Source of the DNA: Antedon mediterranea | Taxonomy: Eukaryota; Animalia; Echinodermata | DNA length: 64,000 bases | Assembly (NCBI RefSeq): GCF_964355755.1 | Contig: NC_092672.1 | Span: forward strand, 24,627,237-24,691,236 | Direction: 5' to 3' | Part shown: in pieces, positions 14,301-26,300 of the stretch | How the letters are laid out: the number at the start of each line of letters is the position of its first letter | Position numbering within the stretch: the first letter of the stretch is position 1 | Made by a program: the position numbers and the translations under genes | Notes under the pieces: generated by a model | The model's database searches: none | What the model was told of the DNA's origin: nothing | Seen by the model: only the letters and a program-made list of their open reading frames with translations

Positions 14301-17300
14301 TCAGTTTATACCTCCCAAGTGTATGCGTGCGTACCATCTGGACTTCCGAGTGGTGAGAAGTTCATGATATACTGGACATTGAAAATTTAATACCTTAATA
14401 TAGTACAAAAGTTAGCTATAATAAGATGTTGGCTAAGCGAAAATTGCATGTTTTTTTGTTTAGTAATGTATGAAATATTTATTTTAGGTGCCCCACGGTA
14501 CAGAGGGTTACTTGTAAATTAAAAAATTGGTGAACATATGAAAAATTGACATAATTCATTTTTGCTTTAGCGTACATTCTAGGCTCCCCGACGAAAGGGT
14601 TAGATTGTAGTAATTTAAAGCAAAAAATTGTAAAATTGGCTGCTAGTCAGTGGGTTTTGGCTTGAATGTATCCATTTATTTTATCATTTTATAAGTGACC
14701 AATTTATTAATTTTTTCATTTTTTTTTCATCTTTCATGTTTTTTTGTGGGACAATACATCTTTAATGAAATTGTTGTTAATATAAAAGTTGCTTTCAAAA
14801 GACATCAGACCTCCCAACTCTCTCCCTAAAATACAATTTATTTTGGATTAACCAACAAAATATCCAAAGTTGTTAAATAAAATGTTACTACTCTAGAAAT
14901 AAACTGAACGTAAGATATTCATGGATTGTTTAATAAGTGAAGTAATAAGTTTGCCATGTTTACTATTATAAAAAATAAGTGTTCTTGGATTTGATTTTTT
15001 TTTTTGTAAGTAAATATTATAGCACCCTCTATAGTGTGGACATGCTTTTATAAAGTCTTCCAATATTTCTAAGTTGGGAAGTCCAAAACTTCCTTCTAAA
15101 TTATATTAATAATTAGAGCATAGCATTTCATATTTGTATAGAAACCTTTACCAATGACATTGCTTTAAATCTTAATTACTTAATACAGATTCACTTTTTT
15201 ATTTCTTGCCAGGAAAAGTCACGCCCAAGTAAGAGAGACAGAAAGTACAAAGGAATACAATTTCCTGGTATAAATTGGGGGAAAACATTTTTTCGTCAAA
15301 AGGTAAGGTTTTCTGTAATCAGTTTATTGAGTTTGGTGATTTACGAATTGATTTAGAAATAAATATTCATGTACATTTTGATAAACTAAATGTATGTTTT
15401 TTAGTTCAAAACTACCACAAACAGCAAAACCACCACAAACAGTGGTAAGTTCATTTTATTTTTCTAACAGCTATACAATTTAACTCAGTTCATCTAATAG
15501 ATAAATTATGATTTTCTTCTACTTTATTTTTTATTTACTCATATTTTAGAGGTGAATACTGGAACACCTGCAAAAGCTAAAGATGTGAGTACTACAATAT
15601 AGCATTTGTTGACTGTTCTATTTAACTCAACTCTGTCTCCTTGAAAAGAACAATCCATCTTTCTTTCAACTTTCAAATTCATTACCGTACTTGTATAACT
15701 TGTATACTGAAAATAAGGAATTAAATCTGTTATACTTTTAACATTAGCCCTAGAGTAGTTTTGGCAGTTTATCCGACTATTTTACTTAATCATTTTGATT
15801 TAGCTTTTCTTTATTCTATTAAGATCCAGCCACTGATAGCCACAGTATTGTCAGTAATTTGCCTTTGAATTTATATACTTACTTTTGACATGATATACAA
15901 CATTATACTGATATGAATGGTTCAGAAAGTAAAACATTTACTTCTATGTTATTTATATAATATTTGTTATTTTTATATTTGTGCATCAGGTTAGCAAGAA
16001 GTCAACTGCAGAAGGTAAGTGTGTAATTAACTTAAATTCTTAATACTTTAATTGTGCAAGTATAAAATAATGGAACATGCTGAGTGAATAATAATAGAAT
16101 TAGTGAATGATAAAAATGATGATTCACAAATAATAATAATAAAGTTGATAAAATTAACAGTGAAATTGTTTACTACAATGATCAAGATAGCCTTTCTACC
16201 CAAAGAAGAACCATTTAATCACTTTTTACATCTTTTCTTGTTATGTTATGTTTAATAAGTTTTATCTTTTAAACATTTTAATTGTAAGAAAAGTGATTTA
16301 CTGAAATATTGTTGCTACAGTATATAAGTGCATTATAAATTTATTTTTTATCTTTTATAAATATCATGTGTAATATTTTACTAAAATGAGAAAGAGGTAG
16401 ATCACTATTATTCAAATTGTCATTTAAGTGCAATAATGTTAAAAACAAAAACCAAAAATTAGGTTGAGACCACGAAACACAACCAAAAAAATGAACGTAA
16501 AGATATAATGATAAAGATAATGACAACAGAGAATTGCCACAGAGAAGATGTCATTGATAATAGTAACATTTAGACAAATGATAATAGTTGTAGAGCTGAT
16601 AATGATGATATATTCAATGTCTATTATCTTTTTACATATATTTAGTCTATTTGATTTGTAAACAATATTTTTTAAACATTTTTCCCGTTGATTAATAAAG
16701 GAACTGAAGATGCATCATTGAATGTCCAACAATCGTTGGATAAAGATATTATTCAGGAAATTTTTTCAAAACAAGAAGTAAAACAGTCTCCTTTGGAAAC
16801 TTTTAACATTTGGGATCACTGGGGACAGTTAATCTATCAAGGAATACATCAGGTAAGTTTAGGACATTTTGTATGTTTGTATGGTCTATTGTTTGTGTAT
16901 TAACAGTTTTAATGCCTAATTATGGCAGTATCTTATCTGTATCACATGGATAGGATTCTGCTGTGTGTAGGTAGGTGGGAACATGACCACTGTACAGATT
17001 GTTGTTTAGGCCTTCCACCTATCCTAATGTTAACAGATTACCCAACAAACCTCTGTGTATCTCTTCACACACCCAATCTATAAAGTTTTGCAAGCTATCC
17101 ATAGACTTCTCTCACTACATGTGAAGTGAATTAGCAGAGCTTTTTCTCTATTTAGCACTCTGAACTATTTCTAAAGTTTACTTTTCTTTATTCTAATATA
17201 TTTGTATTCTATTCACATTATTTCTATATTGCTGTTTTAAGAGATAAGTATTTCTTTGATGATATGCGGTCTATATTAGTAGAGCAGTTAGTGCCATGAA

Positions 17301-20300
17301 AATAGCCAAGTTGTGCACTTTATTACCAAAGCATGAAACTTGCCACAAAGTTTCTTTGATGTATATAGATTCAAAATATCGGGGGGTGCCAAGTGTCCAA
17401 CGTCCGGTATGGCGGCCATCTTGATTTCAAAATGGCCACCATAAAAACAAAAAGTCTTCATATCTTGGCAACTATAAACAGTAGAGACTTGATTCTGGTG
17501 TTAAATTGTTCACAAACCACATATTTCTATTTGCTCTAATGAAAAGTTTCGTCAAAAAATGACCGGAAATGACGTTTCTCCCAGTTTGACTTTTGACCTC
17601 TTATCTGTATATCTCAGTAACTACTGATCATTTTCAATCGATTTTGGTGTCATTTTGTTCAGAATAGAGACATTTATATTTGTAGTAATGAAACATTTTC
17701 ACATAAAATGACTGGAAATACAATTTATAACCTTTGGCATATATAATATGTGAACATACTGTATGTGGTTTACATTGGTATAAATGCACCTAATTTTTTT
17801 TTTAACGAAATAAATGACACTGCAAAAATGAGCAGGAATTATTATTCTGAATTTTTGACTTTTGATGTGATAGGATAGGCGTAAAGTATGACAGATCACT
17901 GAGAAACAGCAATCACTGAGCTCATCTATGCCGACTTGTTTGCTAAACTGTGATGTGTCAATCGTTAGATAAAAGTTTTGGTCCTCTCTCCATCATCTTT
18001 TTTTTTTGCAATGTATTATACCATATGGACAATTGTCTGAAATAAAAGTTGAATTGAATTGTTAGATGCCATTTGGAAATATTTTTGATGTAAAGTAGCA
18101 TTCTTTCGTTGGCCTCTTTGATGTTGCATATGAGACAAGTTCGGAAAGTTTTCATTTTCATGAGTTAAGAGAATACCGTCTTTCAAACTTACTACAAACT
18201 TATCCTGCATTTGTGCAGTAGACCTACTTTCATTAGTCAAAAACTCAGATAATTCTTGTTCATTTTCGTTGCATCTAAAAAAATGTACTCCATTTTTATG
18301 GTAATGGGCCTTTGCTGTAAACCATCTGTATCCTTTTCCTCGATTTTCTCTACTCATTGATTTTTTAGCAAAATCCGAACCAAATCAATTCGTAAAAGAC
18401 ATCTCAATATAATTATTCAAGTAATTCTCAAATTAGTGACATGGACCTACAATATACTGTTCTGTACAAGACCTTTTTAGGCATCCACTTGTGGACTTTC
18501 ACTTTGAAGGTCTTGGTCTCCTAATCATACAAGAAACAATGTCTGATTTAATCAATCAAAGTAGTGGGTCCAGACAAAGAAGGGGATGTAAGACCATCCA
18601 CAGACAAAGAAGGGGGTATAAGACCATCACAGACAAAGAAGGGGGTATAAGACCATCCACAGACAAAGAAGGGGGTATAAGACTATCCACAGACAAAGAA
18701 GGGGTGTAAGACCATCCACAGACAAAGAAGGGGGTATAAGACCATCCACAGACAAAGAAGGGGGTATAAGACTATCCACAGACAAAGAAGGGGTGTAAGA
18801 CCATCCACAGACAAAGAAGGGGGTGTAAGACCATCCACAGACAAAGAAGGGGGTATAAGACCATCCATACACAAAGAAAGGGGTGTAAGGCCATCTACAG
18901 ACAAAGAAGGGGGTGTAGGACCATCCACAGACAAAGAAGGGGTGTAAGACCATCCACAGACACAGAAGAAAGGGGTGTAGGACCGTCCACAGACAAAGAA
19001 AGGGGTGTAAGGCCATCCACAGAGAAAGAAGGGGTGTAAGACCATCCACAGACAAAGAAGGGGTGTAAGACCATCCACAGACAAAGAAGGTGTGTAAGAC
19101 CATCCACACAGAAAGAAAGGGGTGTAAGACCATCCACACACAAAAAAAGGGGTGTAATACCATCAACAGACCAAGAAAGGGGTGTAATACCATCAACAGA
19201 CAAAGAAGGGGATATAAGACCGTCCACAGGCACAGAAGGGGTGTAAGACCGTCCACAGACAAAGAAAGCGGTGTAAGACCGTCCACAGACAAAGAAGGGG
19301 GTGTAGGACCGTCCACAGACAAAGAAGGGGGTGTAAGACCACCCACTGACAAAGAAAGGGTATAGGACCACTTACAGACAAAGAAGGGGGTATAAGACCA
19401 TCCACAGACAAAGAAGGTGATGTAGGACCATCCACAGACAAAGAAGGGGGTGTCGGACAATCCACAGACAAAGAAGGGGATGTAAGACCACCCACAGACA
19501 AAGAAGGGGGTGTAAGACCATCCACACACAAAAAAGGGATTATAAGACCATCTACATACAAAGAAGGGGGTATAAGACCATCCACAGACAAAGAAGGGGG
19601 TATAAGACCATCCACAGAGAAAGAAGGAGGTGTAAGACCATCCACAGACAAAGAAGGGGTGTAAGACCATCCACAAACAAAGAAAGGGGTGTAATACCAT
19701 CAACAGACAAAGAAAGGGGTTTAATACCATCAACAGACAAAAAAGGGGGTATAAGACCGTCCACAGACAAAGAAAGGGGTTCACGACCATCCACAGACAA
19801 AGAAGGGGGTATAAGACCATCCATAGACAACGAAGGGGGTGTAGGACTATCCACAGACAAAGAAGGGGGTGTAGAACCATCCACATACAAAGAAGGGAGT
19901 GTAGGACCATCCACAGACAAAGAAGGGGTGTAAGACCATCTACATACAAAGAAAGGGGTGTAAGATCATCCACAGACAAAGAAGCGGGTATAAGACCATC
20001 CACAGACAAAGAAGGGGGGTATAAGACCATCCACAGACAAAGAAGCGGGTATAAGACCATCCACAGACAAAGAAGCGGGTATAAGACTATCCACAGACAA
20101 GGAAGGGGGGTATAAGACCATCCACAGACAAAGAATGGGGTATAAGACCATCTACAGACAAAGAAGGAGGGGTAGGACCATATTACCGAGGAAGCATAGG
20201 CCTACAAAAAGAAGATGCAATCAAAATAGGCCTACCAGCCACTTGGAAAACAATAAATTCTAGATTAACTGAGGCTTGATAATTGAAATATAAAGGGTTC

Positions 20301-23300
20301 TTTGTAAGGTCATTAATAATATATTGATATAAACACGATCATCATACTATTCATTTGACATTCAAATACAGTCTATCTCGAAAAGAAGCTCATACTATCA
20401 CCTTTTCGAGGTTTGACGGTATTCCATAACATGTATGTTATTTCCTCTGTCAAACTATTAAAACTTTTAGCGAATCAGAAGGTGCCAACATCGTTGAACT
20501 ATTAATGGTACCACCAAGCACAATATTTACCAATTTTATGTACAATATACAATTTAAGTACATTAATCATTTAATATAATTACGCCTATCAGGTCAAAGT
20601 TCAAAATTAGGTGCATTTAAGACCACCAAAAACCACATACAGTATATTCACATAATTAAAAATCAATAATTAAATGTCAAGGGTCATAAATTGTATTTCC
20701 GGTCATTTTATGTGAAAATGTTTCATTACTACAAATATAAATGTATTTATTCTGAACAAAATGACACCAAAATCGATTGAAAATGACCAGTAGTTACAGA
20801 GATATACAAATACGAGGTCAAAGGTCAAACTGAAAGAAACGTCATTTCCGGTCATTTTTGGACGAAAATTTTCATTAGAGTAAATAGAAATATATAGTTT
20901 GTGAACAATTTGAGACCAGAATTAAGTCTCTAATGTGTATAGTTGCCAAGATATTAACATTTTTTGTTTTTATGGTGGCCATTTTGAAATCAAGATGGCC
21001 GCCATACCGGACGTTGGACACTTGGCACCCCCCGATATTTTGAATCTATATACATTATAGAAACTTTGTGCCAAGTTTCATGCTTTGGTAATAAAATGCA
21101 CAGCTCATGTCATTAACTGCTCTACTATATGTTCTGGATATATTTATTGATTTTAGAAGACACTGCATTAGTAGGCTTTACTATCCTTGTCAAATAGTTT
21201 ATAAATTATTGTTTTTATTTTGTATGCAGATCTTTGTGACATCAGAGGCAGTTTATGTTGCTGTCTTTGATTTGAGTAAAGACCTCGATGATCCTGCATT
21301 AGTAATAGATCCCAATGGGGTAAGTATTTCAGGGGTATTAGATTAGATGTTGTTAACAATCTCATTCATTGGTTAAAAGTAAAATGCTTTCATTGCATTG
21401 CAATGTAGCTGTGTCAAAGAATGTCATACTTACTTTTATATATATAGACTAGTGCTGTTGCACCGTACCACGCCGAGAATGTTAAAGAGTCGCTATCCAA
21501 TCAAGTTTGAACAATACCATGAAAGCCCCAGTGGTCTAATGGTTAGGACATCTGCATATCAAGCAGAAGGTTCCGGGTTCGAGTCTTGGTTGGGGCGATT
21601 TCTTCAGAGATCCCGTTTCATGAATAAAATACTGAAAGATGAGGGCGTATCAATTTGATCTCTGGTGCGTGTGCGTACAACTGAGGGTCTAGTGCTGTTC
21701 CGCCGTACCACGCCGAGAATGTTAAAGAGTCACTATCCAATCGAGTTTGAACAATACCATGAATGGTTAGGACATCTGCATATCAGGCAGAAGGTTCCGG
21801 GTCGACTTTTTTTCATTCCCACAGATTTCCTCATCTTATCGTTTCAAATTAATTAATTCAATTTCAGTATATCACTGGGCGGTTTAGAATTTATTCTGTG
21901 CCTGTGATGTTTATATGTATATAATAACCTAAAGTTGAAATTATACTATTTTTGTTTGCTGCTAAAATAATATACAATTTCTCATAGATTTTTATAGAAA
22001 ATTATTATTTAAATTTAACAAATTATTTTTTACAGCAAGAACGTGAACATCATTGGACAAATCGTCAGTTTTTACTGTCTTCGATCCTGTCAGTTTATTC
22101 CCATAGTCGTATATTGGGAGAGAATTGAGAAGGAAGTAAATTTACCTGCTATCCTTGTTGTTGGCACACACAAGGCAAGTCTGGGAGAAACAGAAGAAGA
22201 ACAAAATAAAGAGGTTAGTAATAATCTATAATAGGTTTGTGTTTACAGTTAATACAAAGCTTAAAATATTTGTCTTGGGCACATGTACCACAATGGGTAT
22301 AGTACATTGAAACTGTAGGACTAATAATAAATCAATTTACACAGTTTTAAATCCACCAAATGTAATTTAGCTTTTTGTGCAAATTAAGTTGACATGAAAT
22401 AAAACAAGTGATTGTCAAATTTGAAATATATAAAGAATATACTTGATGAAAATGAAACATAGAAGAGGACATTTGGACTTTATTAATATTACTACATGTT
22501 AGCATTTTAAGGTCTTAAAATAAACTTTTGGAAAGAAAAATTAACAATTCTTTTTGTATGTTTAAATACGGTGCTGTTTTTATTGTCTTTTGTTTGTATA
22601 TTATGTAGTAGTGTTTAATTTTTTTTAAATCCAGGCCGAGGTGGTTTTACAGAAAGTTCAAGATTCCCTGAAAGGAAAACCATATGAAAAACATGTACTT
22701 GGATACTATGCTGTTGAAAACAGTAGAGAGACTACAGACAAGGGCTTTAGTGATCTGAAAGAAGTAATTCAAGATCTTATGAACCATTTAAAACGGTCTA
22801 TTCCATTAAAGTGGATGCGTTTTAGATGTGAAATGTATAATCTGAGGAAGGACAAATTGATATGTTCTGCAGAAGAGGTATTTTATTATAAATTTTGTTT
22901 TTAGGGAAAGCAAAACTTGTTCAATAATAAATATTGTGAAGGCAAATCACTTTTCTTTAACAACACATTCAAGACTGTCTGCTCTTGAAAACAAATCACC
23001 AGATTCAATTCTATTATACTTGTAATTGGTGATGTTAATAAATGCCACCTTAACTATCCGGGCTATGTTCAATACATTAATAAACCAACTAACTCCCGTA
23101 CCACTTTAGGTGCCTCGAATCATAACACAATATGTATGTTGCCAAAATACAGGCAATACTTTAATAATAAATTTAAACCTGCTACGATTAAATACCGCTC
23201 CTGGACAAGAGATGCAATGGTCAGTGTACTATGACAACACTGACATAAATGCTAGTGTGACTGTCATCAATGAATACATCAAGCAATGCATCAACAACGT

Positions 23301-26300
23301 GATCCCAATTAAACATAAGAAGTCATACTTACACAACAAACCTTGGATGTCTAAAAACAATTGTATTCATTTCATACTTGGCACTTGTCTGACAAACTTA
23401 GTATGCAGAGGGTGAACATGTTTAAAACAGAATTGATTTTGATACACTGTCAATAGTCATTTGGAAATGCTTTTAGAAATTAATTGCTTCTCACTTCAAG
23501 GTAAGTATGGCACGCACAATAGAATACCATTCACAAACATATCCGAATACAAAATTCGAGCCAGATGTGGCTTGTGGTAAGGTATTGTATTTGACCTTGA
23601 GTGCACATCATTATTGTGTGGGTTACAAAAGCTTGTATATTTATTTAAATTTTAAACACATGCATTTTTGTTGATTTTAGGTTAAAGAAATGGCCAGACA
23701 AAACGGAATTGGTAATGAAAGCCAACAGTTAATTATGCTTAACTTTCTGTACGACCTTGGTGACATCATCTACTTGCCTGATAATGAATTATTACGAAAT
23801 CAAGTGGTGTTGGACCCAATGAGTCTTGTTCAGTTTGTTACAGCATTTGTGACAGTGGTTACACCCGATGAGTTTAAAGTAAGTGGGCTTATGTTGATCA
23901 ACAAAACACTCATTTGTTCAGAAGTTGACAGATAAAAAAAATGCTAGATTGGTGAAACTTTTAATTAGTCTTAAACTTTCTCTAATTTATCTGTAAACCC
24001 CAACACAATCAAGTTTGTTTCATTTGACACAAATGTTCCAATTGTGGTAAAACATGTGATGAATCTATATATATAGGAGTACTTTTAGAATGTGGTACGC
24101 AATGTCGATACTGAAACATACCCACACACAATAATATTATGCTGCTTTGCAGCAGGCTATCTCCATCTAAAATAATTGTTTTGTGTATGATATAATTGTG
24201 AAGGTCCACCCAAATTCATCAAAGGTGTCAAAACAAAATTGGCTTTGTTTAAATTTGTTTCAATATTTGGAAGATTTTTTACTACATACATCACCACCAT
24301 CATATTTGCAGGTATAGCCCTCCAGTACACATATACAATAGCTTTGTCTACATTTTTTTTTATGTCAAAGCTTCATTACAATATTTAAGAACCATTTGAG
24401 GGCACTTCCTAGATACAGGATACGAAAAGCAAGCATACCCTCTAGTTAAATTAATTATATTGGTTCTCATAAAAATTCTCTTCTTTCTCTTAACATTCAT
24501 TCACTACTGGTTCATGGACACAAAAGTACATTTTGATTGTTTTGTTATTTTAGACACCCCAGTACCTTGAAGCCTTTAGAAACCTTGACAAAGGCATACT
24601 GGATGAGATGTTGTTAAAGAAATTGTGGGAGAAGAAGGGTATTGATAGTAAGAAATTCCAATACCTTGTAGACCTGATGATTCGATTTGGTTTCATTTGT
24701 GATAGAACAACCTCCACCAGCCAAGCCAACACAGCAAGTACATCTACAGTAAGATTTTTTCTCAACTTTTTTGCACAAATTTATTTTACGGCCAATATTT
24801 TATATGTTTTTTTAAGAACAACCCTGTTGTTGACATACCCTGACTTCTGAGAGGTAGTTTAAATGGGATATAAAGGAATTTTTGTAATTGATGAAAGCTG
24901 CTTACGTTTTGCCCAATAACGCAGTTAGGCCGTCTCAGTCTTGAACCTTCCTTGCTACTGGCCTGATTTTAACAAGACTTAGTATTAAAGATGTTAGATA
25001 CATTGCTTTAAGCACTATTATTTTACTGTACTTGATTAAAGTTTGATCAAGGCAGATTAGATTTTATTGCATTTTTACACATTAATTTTAACATTTATTA
25101 TTTCAGAAATCAGTTGTCACGCGATCATTTTTTGTACCACTACGACTTGCTTTTGAGACATCACCATCCAGTGAAGTGAAGTCTGTGCATGATGGGCACT
25201 ATTCTATCAGCATCTATTACGACCTTTGTGGACATCTGCCTGACATACTGTTTCCATATTTAGTGATTGATTTCATTAATGAATATCAGAAGGAGACAGA
25301 AAATGAACCACAACTATCCCATAATCATGCTGAGCTCTACATAGACCAATCTCATAATGTGATTCTGTCTCTTGTTCAATTGGTAACTAAAGAAGATGAA
25401 CGAAAGTTCATGTTAAAGGTGACATTAAATCTTAAATTTAAACTATCAATAGTGTAATGTTATATTTTGGTGCTATTAAATATGTTATATACAAGTGTGC
25501 GACAATAATGCATGCAATAGCTTTCAAATCCTAAAATTAATATGCTACAACAGATCAAGTGCATATAAAAACTAGAATGGCACTCTGAGAGTTCATACCT
25601 CCGCCTACTGTAAAATTCTTAATGCTGCGTGTGATTGGGCTAATTTCACTACAACAATTTTTATGCAAGTTTGGTGCAAATGTTATTTAACCAGCCTTTC
25701 AACTGACAATAGTTTCAGTTGACTATCAATAGAACAGCAACGACAAAAACAAGAAATTGAAATTCCAGTTTATTTGTTACTTTGAGACTGCTCGCCATCT
25801 TTTGAAAATTCTCTCTAATCTTTTAACACTAGCAGATCTGAAATAATAATAAAATGTCCAGAATTGGCATCCTGAGATCCATAAGATTTATTACAAACAT
25901 AATAGACAAATAAACTTATGTACTTTAAAATGTTTGTCTTTAGGCAACAATTAAAGGCAGAATGGCAATTGCAGAAACAACTACCACAGAATGTGAACCT
26001 TCTCCTGAAGCATGTAAACAGGTATTTTATGATTTCTTTTAAAACATGCACCATTGGTGGCGACATTCAATATTTTTATTCGTCGATAAGTCCAGAAAAT
26101 ATGAATACACCGCACAATGAATATGTAGTACCGGGACGATTCGGCCAGGAGACGATTCGTGTACATACATCATTTCTGACAGGGGACATAATCATAATTG
26201 GCATATATTTCGCATCTTACAAGACTTATTTTCAGTACATGTTCAAATCTCACACACATAGTTTCCAGAGGCGTTGGCCATGTTTCAGAAATTCTCAGTA

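Noticed and set aside
18627-20060. 477-aa minus-strand ORF and overlapping ORFs
   Set aside because: They are translations of the 30-bp minisatellite, open in several frames with repetitive peptides and no domain.
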